Of a stretch of 64,000 bases of DNA, positions 1 through 12,745 are shown one piece after another. Under the pieces are notes generated by a model. The model saw nothing but the letters and a program-made list of their open reading frames with translations, did no database searches and was not told the DNA's origin. Both the position numbers and the translations under genes were made by a program. Source of the DNA: Thraustochytrium aureum (Eukaryota); NCBI GenBank assembly GCA_012862495.1, contig BLSG01000343.1, positions 59,984 through 123,983 on the forward strand, in the 5' to 3' direction. Position 1 is the stretch's first letter, and every line of letters starts with the position of its first letter.

Positions 1-76
1 TACGGTACCATAGTATTACCAGCCTGCCTGCCTGCCTGCCTGCTTTCACTTTGGAGCCTGACCCCCCAGCCGTGCC

Positions 77-2075
77 ATGGACCCCATGAACGCATCGAAC
101 GGCGAGTATGAGGATGAATTAGCCAGCATTACCAACGGCATGTACGGCGGCTTCGACAGCGACGACCATGCCGAGGAGCCTTCTCGCCCGACGTCGGCGC
201 CACCGACCTTGGACATCTCCAACCAAAACCTATTCGCCTTCACCTCGGGGTCCTCCGCGTTCCAGAGCGGCGAGGACAGCTTCCCCGCCCTCGGGGAAGA
301 CCACTTCCCGCACATCTCATCACACGGAACGGGCTCGCCACCCTCGGCCTCGTCGGCGTCGATGTCAGCGTTCTCCGCGGTATTACAGGTCACAGCGCCC
401 AACCGCCCCTCGTTGGCGGCCTTCCAGTGCGCGACCCTCGCAAGCGGACTCAGAGCATCGAAAAGTTTCTCGCACAGTCCCCGGGAAGCATACTGGGGCC
501 ACGGAAACGGTACGGCCTGACTGCGACGGGGGCTCCGCGCCCCGGGTCCACGGTGGGCGGAGCAGGTCGAGGGGGCCAAGAGCCACCCATTGAGGATCCC
601 ATGCACTTTATCGCAAGCGAAAGCCCTGGCCACTCGCTGCGCGGGCTGCGCAAACGTCTCGACGCGCTTGATCTTCGCTCCTCCGGTCCCGACGATAGCG
701 AGACCCTACAGCGGCAGCTCTACCTCCAGCACCAGCAAGATCATAGTCAAGGGTACAACTTCAACCTGCACGCGCGGGGCGGCGTGCCTTCTGTGCCCGA
801 GGGGGACGCGCTTAACGTAAGCATTAGCCCCGGCGTTGGGGCCTCGTCACCTCTCGGCAGCGCGGCGGGCACGCCAACGGCTCCGCGGTCGCCCCTACAC
901 TCGCCGTCGCCCCGGCTTCCCCGGGCGCCGGCGCCGGCGATGGGGTGGACCTGCGCCAAGGCTCGATGGATACCAGTGTTGGCCAGAATCACCAACAGCA
1001 GCAGCAACTCCTCCACCAACAGCAGCACCACCACCATCTGCTCCTCCAACACGGCTCGCAACAAGGGCTCGATGGCGGGTCCAGCGATGGCCACCTCGCG
1101 CCGAGCAGCTTTGGGACGCACGAGAGCGACTTCTCCATGTACGTGCAGCCGCAGTCGATGTACATGCAGCCCCTGTACATGGCGCAGCAGCACGCGCACG
1201 AGTTGCCGCACCAGCAGTCCTCCATGTACATGCAAGTTGCGCACGGAGACATGCAGCACGCATACTTCTCGCCCCACGGGATGCCGCCGCCCCCGCCGCC
1301 CTTTCAACCGCCGGGGCTCGCCGCCGGCCTCGCCAACGCCCAGCATCACCACCAGCACTTCATGCCCGTGGGGGAGCCGAGCGTCAACGGGCTGCAAAAG
1401 GTCATTCTCCCCAACGGTGCAGAAGCCATGATCGTGCCTATGATGCAGCACGGCTTTGCCCCTTACAACGGCCAGCAAGCGATCCCTCAGCCCCCACCAG
1501 GACCGCCGCCCCGAGGCGGGATGGTCAACCCGTACGGCGCCCAACCAGCCATGCACGCCAGCCACCTCGCGCAGATGGGCACGGCGCAGCAATTCCACCC
1601 CAGGGCGCGCCGCGGGCGCGGTGGCGGTCCCGGGGGGGCTGCGCCACCTCCTGGGGCCTTCCCTCGAGGGGGCGGGGGGCGCCAGCAGCCGAGAGGCCAC
1701 CACCACGGTACCAAGGTGGAGGGCCAGGTCATCGCTGCGAACGCCTCGCTCGAGGAGTTTAAGGGCAGCATCTTTCAGCTCTCGCAAGAGCAAAACGGAT
1801 GCCGCTTTCTGCAGCAAAAGGTGGACCGCGACGGGCCCAGCGCGTGCTGGACCATCCTCGAGGAAGTCCGCACGCGCCTCGTCAAGCTCATGATGGACCC
1901 CTTTGGCAACTACCTGTTCCAAAAGCTCCTCGAGCACGCGACCACCGAGCAGCGGCAAGTAATGCTCGACGAGACCAAAGACTCGCTGGTCTCCGCCGCG
2001 CTCAACCTGCACGGGACGCGCTCTGTCCAAAAGTTTATCGAAGTGTGCGGCGGGACGTCGCTGTGCGACGAGCAG
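77..2075 (+). CDS. Pumilio/PUF-family RNA-binding protein (partial; frameshifted; runs into gap)
   Basis: A low-complexity Q/H/P-rich N-terminus is followed by PUF repeats: 'GSIFQLSQEQNGCRFLQQK', 'LMMDPFGNYLFQKLLE', 'AALNLHGTRSVQKFIE'. Coding appears to pass through ORFs 77..520, 427..1431 and 945..2657. The 3' end lies in the N-gap starting at 2076. Confidence 0.88.
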
Positions 2076-2605
2076 NNNNNNNNNNNNNNNNNNNNNNNNN
2101 NNNNNNNNNNNNNNNNNNNNNNNNNNNNNNNNNNNNNNNNNNNNNNNNNNNNNNNNNNNNNNNNNNNNNNNNNNNNNNNNNNNNNNNNNNNNNNNNNNNN
2201 NNNNNNNNNNNNNNNNNNNNNNNNNNNNNNNNNNNNNNNNNNNNNNNNNNNNNNNNNNNNNNNNNNNNNNNNNNNNNNNNNNNNNNNNNNNNNNNNNNNN
2301 NNNNNNNNNNNNNNNNNNNNNNNNNNNNNNNNNNNNNNNNNNNNNNNNNNNNNNNNNNNNNNNNNNNNNNNNNNNNNNNNNNNNNNNNNNNNNNNNNNNN
2401 NNNNNNNNNNNNNNNNNNNNNNNNNNNNNNNNNNNNNNNNNNNNNNNNNNNNNNNNNNNNNNNNNNNNNNNNNNNNNNNNNNNNNNNNNNNNNNNNNNNN
2501 NNNNNNNNNNNNNNNNNNNNNNNNNNNNNNNNNNNNNNNNNNNNNNNNNNNNNNNNNNNNNNNNNNNNNNNNNNNNNNNNNNNNNNNNNNNNNNNNNNNN
2601 NNNNN

Positions 2606-2637
2606 CTCTCTCTCTCCTCCTCTCTCTCTCTCTCTCT
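2606..2637. repeat. (CT)n microsatellite at gap edge
   Basis: ctctctctctcctcctctctctctctctctct directly after the N-run. Confidence 0.8.
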
Positions 2638-2808
2638 TGAGGGGGAGAGAGCTGTAGTAGAGCTAAAACGCGTTCGAACTGCTCGGAAGGTTGCACAGCT
2701 TGACGGACAACTTGAGGACGATGAAATAGTTGAGTTCATTTGGAAACTACAGCGCAGGGAACCGTACGGTTGTCCGGACGAGCCATGCCCAAGCGCCTGC
2801 CAATCCAG

Positions 2809-4147
2809 TCAGGCATCAGCATCGCAGCCGAGGCCGTCAAAGCCGTCTTGCTCGCACTTGCGCCCCGCGACGTCACACGCAAATCGCATCGCAGCTTCAA
2901 ACGACTCGCCACGCAAAAGGCCAACCAACAGGCCCGCGTTGAACGTGTCGCCTGCACCGATCGTATCAACCACTTTTGCACACTGTCGGGCAGGGACATG
3001 AAACACACGGGCCTCGTCGCAGCGGCTTGCCCCAGGAAAAGCCATGCCAAATGCCCCCGACTCACCCCACGCGACGGCAATCTTGGCATTCTCCCGAAGT
3101 TTGCCGTTCCGGGCCAAATCAGTCAAAAACTCCTCTGCCGAGCTCTTGCCGCGCCCTTCAACAAAGACGCGGCTGAAGATGACCACGTCTGCCAGTTGAG
3201 CAAGCGAGACCACGTCCCCGCGCCGCTCCTTTTCCACCTCAAGCGAGACGGTGCAGCTCCCGCTGACGTGCTCCATCATCTTTCGCGTCTCGCCAACATC
3301 GCGGGCCTCAAAGTGTGTCCACGTGTAGGCGAAAGGAATGTGTACAGAGTCAAAGTCTTCAAAGCTCACCTCCGGCAGACCCCGGTAATGCAGAATCGTC
3401 CGCGTGCTAGGGCACTGGATGATAAAGGACGACGGCACCATGCCGGCCACCCCGCCCGTGAGGACGCCGAGGTCCACGACATTGCTTTTCTGCAGCAAGT
3501 CGCGCACAAAGGTAGCCGTCGGGTCAACGCTCTCCGAGGCAGTCGCGTAAACGAGAGAGCACTGCACTTGGTCAAACTGGCTGGCAACGCGAACCAGGTT
3601 GGCCCCGTTCCCGCCGAGTCGTCGCAGCCGATTCTTTGATCGGTATTCCTGGTCCTCTCTGCGCCGCCAGGCGGACACGCTGCGCTGTTAGTCTCGGCCA
3701 CTCTCTGGAGAGAGCCAAACAGGTCCGGCAAACAAAAACGTACACAGGGAACGCATCCATAACGTCAATGATGTCCACACAGGCGACGCCGACAACCAAA
3801 ACCTTTTCCTCGCGAGAGATTCGCGGCCGTTTCCGTCGCTGTCGATCCAACGACGCCTCAAGGGTGCGGTTCGCGCTGCCTTCGCAATCTTCCTCCTCCC
3901 TTCCTCCGTATGGCTCGCCCGACTTGCCCGAGCGCTGGTCGTTCTCGCGCTTGGCCCCGACGCGAGGACCAAGGCTTGTGGAAGCGCCCCACGCCGCCGT
4001 ATCGCTTACTTTGGCGTCAGCGGCACCCTCGTCGTCGACCTCGACCAGGTGATCGGCGCCGCCACTACCGACGCCGCCGCCGAGCCCTTCCAGGTCGTCC
4101 GCCTCGTCCTCCAAGTCGCGGTTCGCGGCCTGGAAGCTGCGAAACAT
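2809..4147 (-). CDS. Ketohexokinase-like PfkB/ribokinase-family sugar kinase (5' end uncertain)
   Basis: Motifs: 'KVLVVGVACVDII', 'GGNGAN', 'TRTILHY', 'WTHFEAR', 'SLEVEKER', 'ADVVIFSRVF', 'WGESGA' and the PfkB signature 'VVDTIGAGDTFNAG'. ORFs 3572..4147 and 2809..3678 are joined by a GT-AG intron, giving 'MDAFPV|EDQEYRS'. Confidence 0.88.
3659..3743 (-). other. Spliceosomal intron (85 nt) in the kinase gene
   Basis: Donor GTACGT, branch-like GACTAAC, acceptor CGCAG. Removing it joins the two kinase ORFs in frame. Confidence 0.8.
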
Positions 4148-5354
4148 CGTCGGAGGCCTCCGCGTTCGTCCGCGGCGCGATCAACAGAGGGGCCGGCGAA
4201 CAGCGCCCAGCCTGCAAGCCCGCCCCCTCCGACCGCAGCGCCGCAGTCGACTCTGCAAGCGCGGCCTGTCCTTGCCGCGCGCGCTTGGTGTGCTGCGGCC
4301 CCTTTGCGTGGCAAGAGCTGCCAGAGCTCGCCTGGCCGCGCAGTTGGCTTCCTGGAGGCCTTGCAAGCGGCCTGCCACTCCAGAGCCGCGAGAGCGATCG
4401 GTGTGTCGCTGGCAGCGCTGCGAGGCCGCGGGGGGGAGGACTGCTGGACAGGATTTTCCTTCCTTCGGTGGCGTGGCCCATGCGGCCAGAGCATGTGGCC
4501 CGAAGAAGAGGAACACAAATCGATCTTGACGGCCCTGCGTCTTCCCCCCCCCCGACTGTGGCCGTTGACCGCGACTTCGAACACGAGAGGCACGACGTCG
4601 CGCCGCATTGGTCGCGTCCATGGCTGCGACGGTAAGTCCTTCGTCTACTTACTCCAGGCTAACTCTCTCTCTCTCTGGTAGCTCTACTAGCTAGCTAGAG
4701 CGAGTAGAGGCTCTACCTGTCCTGCTGTGCGCCTCGCATGGGCATTGTGCGGGCGAGGCAGCAGCAAGGATGCGCGTCGATCGATGTCTTGCCAAACAGA
4801 TGTTGTTCTCAACTTACGAAACACCTGGACTGCGCTTTCAATCAAACGCTCGAGCGACACGTGGCGAGCAGCTCCATGCGCTGTGCAGGCAGGCGGCTAA
4901 CGCCGGCTGGAGGCCTTTCCTTTCCCACCAACTTGATCCTTGACTGCTGGCAGGCTCACACGCAGGCAGGCCAGCAGGTAGGTCTCAGTTGTCGCTGGAG
5001 CGGCCTGCTGGTTGGGCGCCAGGCACTCCGTCGCACTCTGGAAGCCCGTTGAGGGGTGCACCGGCAGTCCTGGCGCCGCTCCGCTCGGCTTACATCGCGG
5101 TCCTGGCTCGGGGGTCAGTGGACGCCGGTTTCGCCGAGCTGGGCGTGCCGATCCTGCTCGAACCCACGCGTTAGTTCCGTTGAACTTGGGCGGCCATCGC
5201 CCTTCTCGCGTCGAGCAGGCGAGGCAGTGCCCGGAGATCCGCCGCCGCCGAGGCAACTAGCGAGCCAGCTAGCAGCGACGAGCAGTCGAGACTCGCTCGG
5301 CCCGCGAGTGAGCTGGCGACGGCGCGCAGAGGCCGGCGAGTCGGCCTGCAAGCC

Positions 5355-5410
5355 AGCCTGCCTGCCCGCCAGCCTTCCCCTGCCCGCCTGCCTTCCTGCC
5401 AGCCTGCCTG
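5355..5410. repeat. Degenerate (GCCT)n tetranucleotide repeat
   Basis: agcctgcctgcccgccagccttcccctgcccgcctgccttcctgccagcctgcctg. The same motif occurs at 21-44 and ~36754-36766. Confidence 0.6.
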
Positions 5411-5767
5411 CGCTAGTGCGTGCGCTCGGGCGCTGAGGAAGGCAGCACAGCCAGCAAGGCAAGGCCGCAGAGCGCGCGGTTGAGCTGCGGCGGGCCGCGC
5501 TGAGCGATCGCCAGGGATTTCTCCCTGCGAGAGCGACGCAAGGCCTAGACGCAGTTTGCCGCGAGCTGCNNNNNNNNNNNNNNNNNNNNNNNNNNNNNNN
5601 NNNNNNNNNNNNNNNNNNNNNNNNNNNNNNNNNNNNNNNNNNNNNNNNNNNNNNNNNNNNNNNNNNNNNNNNNNNNNNNNNNNNNNNNNNNNNNNNNNNN
5701 NNNNNNNNNNNNNNNNNNNNNNNNNNNNNNNNNNNNNNNNNNNNNNNNNNNNNNNNNNNNNNNNNNN

Positions 5768-8700
5768 AGGGGGATATGGAAGCCCAACCGTGGATGAGGT
5801 AATATCGGCGCTGGCAATGTCACGCGGCCAGAGAGGCAGCGGGAAGGGGACCGACGCTTGGAGGGCAGACAGGCACAATATCTCAATGAAAACCAATACA
5901 GCCCTCGCCGTCGCGGGGAGCATGCGGTGTGTGCGGCAGACCGAGGTGTCTAGAGTGCCGCCGAGCCGACGCGATAGCGCCCTGGGAATACTCCCAGTGT
6001 TGAACCGCTCGCACCCACTCATGCTGATGTGCGCGTGCATATATCACTTGATTGCCGTCCCATTAAGGCTGGCATTCTTCTTACCACCGCTTGACGACAC
6101 CTCCCAAGAAAGTGGTGCCGCGAGAGGCGCTCCCGTGCGACTTATACTTCTGTGGGCAGCCGCCGAGCTCGTCTTTGTTGACGCCCCGGTGGCGCTCGAG
6201 CACTTCTTCCGTGGAAACGCGAACAAGGTCCTCCCAAGGACGATGAGCAAATCGCTCATCCTCTCCAGCGAGAAGCTTGCCGAGGCCGTCTCGAGAAGCC
6301 AGGAAAAGGGATTGGCCAAAGGCGCAAGGGCACTGCGTCGAGCAATCGTCAGTGCTGCTTGCGACCTGCCGCTTATCGAGACCACTGGGGCACTCGTCGC
6401 CCTTGCTGCAGGCCCCAACACAGCAGCCGTTGCTTGGTGCTATTTGAGGCTGCTCAAGGTGATGCAGTGCCGACGCGCCGGCTTGTTTTACAGCGCGCTT
6501 CGCAGTGCTGCTCGGCCTTATTTGTCGCACGCTGCACTTCGTATTGTGGCTCTCCTCGGCTGCATTCTGCTGTCCGGACACATTATTGCGTGCTGCTGGT
6601 CCGCTCTGGCCCACGACTCGGTCTGCGAGCCTTCGGCGGACGACCTGCACAGCAGCCAGGGACCTGCTCGCTGGAATAACTGGCGAGACGGGGACATGAT
6701 GATCTGCCAGACAGCGGCAAAACGGGCAGGCTGGCCAGATAGCGGCCTGTCGTCTTGTGGGGCGTGTGCCCCAATATCGCACCAGTACATGCGCGCGGCG
6801 TATTTTGCTCTCATTGTGCTTTCAACGTGCGGGTTTGGCGACATCACGCCCCAAAACCACCTCGAAACCGTATTCGTGCTCTTCTGCGAAATCCTGGCTG
6901 TCTCCGTGTACGTGCTCCTCCTCTCGAGCATCACGTCGCTAATTAGCAACGCGGATGCCGCCCACCTCGCTTTTAGCCGCCGCGTCGGCCTCATGCGCCG
7001 CTACCTTGAGGACCACGACGCGGACAAGGAGACAAAGCTCAGGGTGGCTCGGTACTTTGACTTGCTGTGGGACCGAATGGCCGGCGTCGACGACAGCGCG
7101 ATGCTCGAACGACTCCCACACGGGCTGCAAGTCAACGTCAAGTTTGCGCTCTTCTCAGAAAATTTGCTCAAGGACAAGACCTTTGCAGTGTGCGACCAGG
7201 TCGTGATGGAGCAGGTCCTTCGCGTCGGCGTTTTGCAGAGCTATCTGCCAAGCGAGCACATCTTTGATGCAGGGACGTTGCCAACAGCAATTTTCGGCGT
7301 TCTCGCGGGCGGCATCATTCTTTCGGGCGGGCAAAGTCCGCTAAAAGTCAAGGAGCGAGGCATTGTCGGCCACATTGAACTCCTTGCGGCTGTGCCGTAC
7401 CGTTTCACGGCCGCCACCTGCTGGAAGGCAGCTTTCACCGAGGTTTTCGTCTTGAACCGCGAGCCGCTGCTGGCAACGCTGAAACGCTATCCCGCTTACC
7501 TCGAAAACGAGATGAGAAGCTCTGCCGTCAGGCAGCTCAAAGACGAGACCTGGCTCCTCTCCTACGAAGAGCATCTAGTTGATGCCATCGCCGAGGCAGG
7601 CAAGGCCCACGGCACCCTCTCATCCGCACTCTTCTCGATGCCGCACCAGCCAAAAACAACCAAGGTCACGCCGACTACGTTGTCTAGTGCGTTCGAGAAC
7701 GGTGCTGAGCCAAACAACCAGGGAGACGCTAGATTGGGTTCTGCGGCGAGCATCTCGCGAGCGCGCAGGAGCAGCAGCCTCGCCATCGCCCAGATACAAG
7801 AAGGGCGCACCAATGTTTCGCATGCGCGATCCTCCGCGGAGCACATTACCACGGCCAAGGCCACGCATAGCGAGCTACGTTACTTCGTGTGGCAATGTGG
7901 TGCTTTCGTGTGCATTTTGAGCTATGTTGTCGGGGCACCCGTTTTCCTGGTGTTCCTCGACCACAACCGCCAGGGTGACATGCTCACCGCAGCGCAGTGC
8001 ACCGCTCTAGCAGCTGCCTACGCTTCTGATGCATTCTGTTGGACAGACCTCGGGATGCGGGCTGCCTCTGCGATTGCTCTGGCCCGCGCGGGTCACGCGT
8101 CCAGCATTCCGTTTTCGTTCCTTGCTCGGCTAGGGGTCGACACTGTTGCGCTCGCGCCAATCGACCTCGTGTATGCCGGCCTCGGGGACATTCGTATGTG
8201 GGCCCTCTTTCGCACTTTGCGTGTACTCAAGGTTGCGACAATCTCTGAGCCAATGGCGGCCGTGCAGACGATTATTGAGCAAAAGACAGGACGCCTAGAC
8301 ACCGCTCTCGTCCACGCTTTGCGACTGCTTTTGGCAATCCTGCTCAGTGCGTTCTGGATGCTGTCCTTCTGGTCGTGGCTAGGCCTGAGCGACCAGCTCA
8401 AGTCCGGGACTGGCTCGTGGTCCTCGCTCGACCCGGTATTGCTCGTGGCGAGCAACTGCTCCTCGACGGGCAATGACTGCAGCACGCAAGAGCCGACTGT
8501 CTCCGTCGCAATGCGCTCGCTGTACTGGGCGATAACTACCGCCACGACCGTCGGCTACGGGGACATCAGCGCAATCAGTTTGCTGGAGACAGCAGTGGCG
8601 ATGGTCGGCGTTTGCGCAGTTAGCCTTGTATTCTACCCGTCCATCGTGGGAAGCATAAGCGTCCTCCAGGCAGTTCCCTCCGAGGCCGGCAATATTGAAA

Positions 8701-11700
8701 AGAGCGATGCGCTCGGGGCCAGCAAAGATGTCCTCGTCGAGCGCACCCGTGCTTCAACGACGATTGCGGGGGTCGACGAGCGAATCCGCTCAGACGTCAA
8801 GGCGTTCCTTGACGACGCCACCGCAACGTCACGGTTGACCACGAGGAAATGATGTCCTCGCTTCCTGGGTGGCTGGCCCGTCGCGTCGCTCTGGACGCGT
8901 ACGGCGACATCGTGCGGAACAATGAGCCACCTCGCAAGGGGGCAGCCTTGGTTTGTGCTGCAGTCGGTTCCGTTGGGGCGCTGCCTTCCGCAGCAACGCC
9001 AAGGGTGCACGGCCTGCTGCGGCAGGTGTCGGAAGCACTAGTTGCCGAAATCTGCGTGCTGCTTCGGCCCCAATTCGTCCCTTCCGGGACAATACTGGCC
9101 TACCGAGACGAGATTGCCACTGAAGTGTTCTGGTGCCTTGCTGGCAAGCAAGAACTACNNNNNNNNNNNNNNNNNNNNNNNNNNNNNNNNNNNNNNNNNN
9201 NNNNNNNNNNNNNNNNNNNNNNNNNNNNNNNNNNNNNNNNNNNNNNNNNNNNNNNNNNNNNNNNNNNNNNNNNNNNNNNNNNNNNNNNNNNNNNNNNNNN
9301 NNNNNNNNNNNNNNNNNNNNNNNNNNNNNNNNNNNNNNNNNNNNNNNNNNNNNNNNNNNNNNNNNGACCGCCTCACGCAAGGGACCGAGGATAAGGCGGG
9401 GGAGGAAGGTCAATCAACTGCTCGGCCGGCGTTGCGCGTCGCAAACGTCCCTGGTCCTAAGACTGGCGGGGGCAAGGGCGTCGGACTCGATCGCTCTGTC
9501 ACGCTTCGACGCCAGAGCACTTCTACGGCCCTAGCTCTCCAATCTCCGACTCTGGAGAAAACGCGATTCGTCATCTTCCCCTTCACGACGACGATGCTTC
9601 GCATGGATATTTTGACCATGTACTTTTCTCTCCAAACCCACCTCCTGGTGCCGCTTGGAATCGGGGCTATCTCAAGCGAAGCGTGCTCTTTGCAGAACGA
9701 CTCGTGGATCGTCCTCTTCCTCTTCGCCAACGCGGTCGGCGACGCGTTCGCAGTGATCGAAATGCTGCTCAACGCGTTCGTCTACGCCGTCATCAAGTCA
9801 GGCCGGGTGGTCACAAACCGCTACGAGCTTGCGTCGACGTACTTTTCGAGCCGCAAGTTTGTCGTCGACCTCGTCGCCAGCCTGCCGGTCGACTGGATCT
9901 TCCTCGCAGCGTTTGGCGGGGCCAACTCCAACGCGCTCGAGTGGGTGATGTGGCTCCGGCTGCTCAAGCTCGCGCGCGTGCTGCAACTGAGGCACTACAT
10001 CCCCAAGCTGGAGCACCTGCTCGCCGAGAGGGCCCGGATATCCTCGAATGGAATCAAGCTGCTGCATCTGATTATCGTGATGATGGTGTTCGCTCACTGG
10101 TTGACCTGCTTTTGGGTTCGATTTGCGCATTCAGACGGGAAGCGAGCGACGTGGGCTAGCCGCGATTGCATACTCCTTGGAACGTGCTTTTCTCACAACA
10201 GCACCAGTCTAGGGCAGATCAACGAGTCCATCCCGACTGCCAGCCCGTGCGAAGGGTATGGCGTGCTCCGGACCTACCTTCGCGCAGTCTACTGGGTCTT
10301 TGCAACCCTCAACACTGTGGGCTTCGGCGACGTTGTGCCTTCAACGTTTTCCGAGACAACGTTCGCAGTCAGCGTCATGTTCCTCGGCGCTGGCATGTAC
10401 GCCTTCTTGATCAGCAGCCTTGCGAACGTGGTCGCCAATCTAGACAAGACCGCTTCCACGTTCAAGGAGATGCAGGAAATGATCCGTCGCTACGTGGCGC
10501 ATCGGCGCCTGCCGCAGTCGTTACGAGATAAACTGATCTCCTACACGGAGCAAATGTGGCGCAACCAGCGTGGCGGGACCATGGCAGAGGTCTTGGAGTT
10601 TTTGCCGGCGTCAGTCCGCTTTGATGTGTTGGCCTCGATGGACAGCGGGCAAATGCTCCGCCTCGGGCTCTTTAAGAATTTGGCTCCGCCAGTGCTCGCC
10701 TCGCTTGTGCGCGAGCTCCGGCCATGCACTTTCGCGCCAGGGGACAAGGTGTGCCGGGCTGGGTACCCTTGCGAGGAGCTCCTAATCCTCCTCAAGGGCT
10801 CCGCGACGCGAATCGCCGAGGACGGCGTCACCACACTCTCAAAGCACAACAACGAAGGCGTTTTCGGCACGGAAGAGTTCCTTGAGGGCGCGATTCTGCA
10901 AACCACAATTCAGTGCTCGTCGTTCTGCGAGATGCTTGTCTTGCGCGGTCCTCAGTGCACGACATTGCCCAAGCGTTTGGCTGCGGGGACCGCCTCGCAG
11001 CAAATGCGGCGATGCTCAAGGGGGCTTCAGAGACACTCAAGCTTGCCGGCAACCTGAAAAACCGAAAGGTGACCAAGATGCTTGCAAGCGAGAACGTCCG
11101 GGTTGGCCCGAAATGTGTCCACCCCTCGAACAAGCGGCGCGTCGCATTCGAGGCGGTCATGTTCGTCGTGACGTTTTACGTTATCGTGTCTGTTCCTTTT
11201 CGCATCGGCATGCTTGCAGACCCGAGCCTGTACGTTTTAGAGGGGGGGCTGGTCCTCTGGGTCGTATTTGACGTTCTAGTGGTCAACGGCCTTGGCGCCA
11301 TAGACATGTACCTGCACGCGGCGAAATTCTCCTACTTTCATGATGGCGTTCTTGTAGCGGACTCGCGGCTCTGCCGCCAGCACTACAGGTCGAATTGGCT
11401 TTGGCACGACGCCTTCGCCACGATACCGGTGGATCTTGTTTGTCTCTTCGTGTCTCTCGTGGCATCGCCGACCAACGCGTTTCACGTCTGGTCGATTGCG
11501 CGCTTACCGACGGTCTGGCGCGGCATCCGAATCCAGAGCTACTTCTTCCCACTGCTGCAGTTCCATCTCCATGAGAGCGACGTGCAAATCAGCGCTGCCA
11601 TGCTGCGCGTCCTGCTCAAGCTCTTCAACACGGCTGCTATCGTGCACTGGATTGCGTGCATTTTGTACTATGCCGCTTTTATCGAGGGACTGGACGCGAG

Positions 11701-12685
11701 CTGGGCCGTTGTCGAGGTTGGGAACCTTGACACATCCAAGGTGCCCTTGTCTCTGGCGTACACGCGGTCGCTCTACTTTTCTGTCACAATGTTCACCACA
11801 GTGGGGTTTGGCGATTTGGTCCCGAAGACGTTGGCGGAAACGGTGGTGGCCACCTTTGTTTTGCTGGTGAGCCTCTTCATCTATGCCGACCTCGTCGCCA
11901 ACGTAACGACGCTTATTCAGAACGCGGACGCCGCAAGCAACCGCCAAGGCACGACCCATGCTGCGATCACCCGAATGCTGCTCGCCAGGTCTGTGGACCT
12001 GCGCATCGTGGATCAGGTGGAGGAGTTCTTCCAGTCCAACTTGCTTTTTGCCAGGTTTGGCGTCCGCGAGTCTGAAATCCTCGCCGTCCTGCCTGGGTCG
12101 ATCCGGGCTGAAGTGGCCGAGCACCTTCACTTGGCGAGGCTGACAGAGGATTCCTGCCTTTGTTACCTCCCAAAGTTTGCCCTCGGGATGATCGCCAACG
12201 CACTTCGCTATCGGTGCATGCTCACAGGGGACATATTCGGGTGCGAAGGGACCACGGTGACTGAGATGGCGCTGGTCTACTCGGGCTGCCTTCACCTGAT
12301 TGCAGAGTCTGGCGACGCCTGCAACCCTGCAAACGCCAAGAACGCGATCCCTGACTTTGAGCGCACCAACACCCCGCCGCAGCTGATCAACGCGGTCAAG
12401 CGGGCCAGTAGCAAAGCCCTTTCGACGGCGTCGTTTGCATCGTCCAACGTTATGGGGCGGCCGGTAAGCCCTGGAGATCTTGTTGGGCACGAAGGTTTGC
12501 TCGGCGAAGATATGGTGTGGACCGCAGTCAGTACCACCGTGTCAGAGGTTTACGTTGTCGACTGCGCTCTGCTTGGCGAAATCATCGCATTGTACCCCGA
12601 CTGCCAGGCCGATGTGCAACAAGCCGCCCGCCAAAAGGTGGACTTGCTCAAGACGGCTGAAGGCTTCCGCCGGCTCGCGTCCTGA
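5768..12685 (+). CDS. Four-repeat cyclic-nucleotide-domain K+ channel (CNGK/tetraKCNG-like); 5' end in gap; frameshifted
   Basis: Four K+ selectivity filters: TCGFGD (~6825), TVGYGD (~8547), TVGFGD (~10314), TVGFGD (~11798). Each is preceded by an S4-like basic helix (e.g. LRLLKLARVLQLR) and followed by a C-linker and CNBD-like region. Spans ORFs 5556..8852, 8849..9394, 9042..11057 and 10913..12685. Confidence 0.85.
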
Positions 12686-12745
12686 ATGATACTCTCTTAT
12701 ATGCCCTACATTTGCCCAAAATTTTGTGAAATCGGTCCTTCTACT

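Noticed and set aside
4680..5570. Short ORFs or an ncRNA between the kinase and channel genes
   Set aside because: Only simple repeats and short ORFs without motifs; no tRNA or snRNA signature found.
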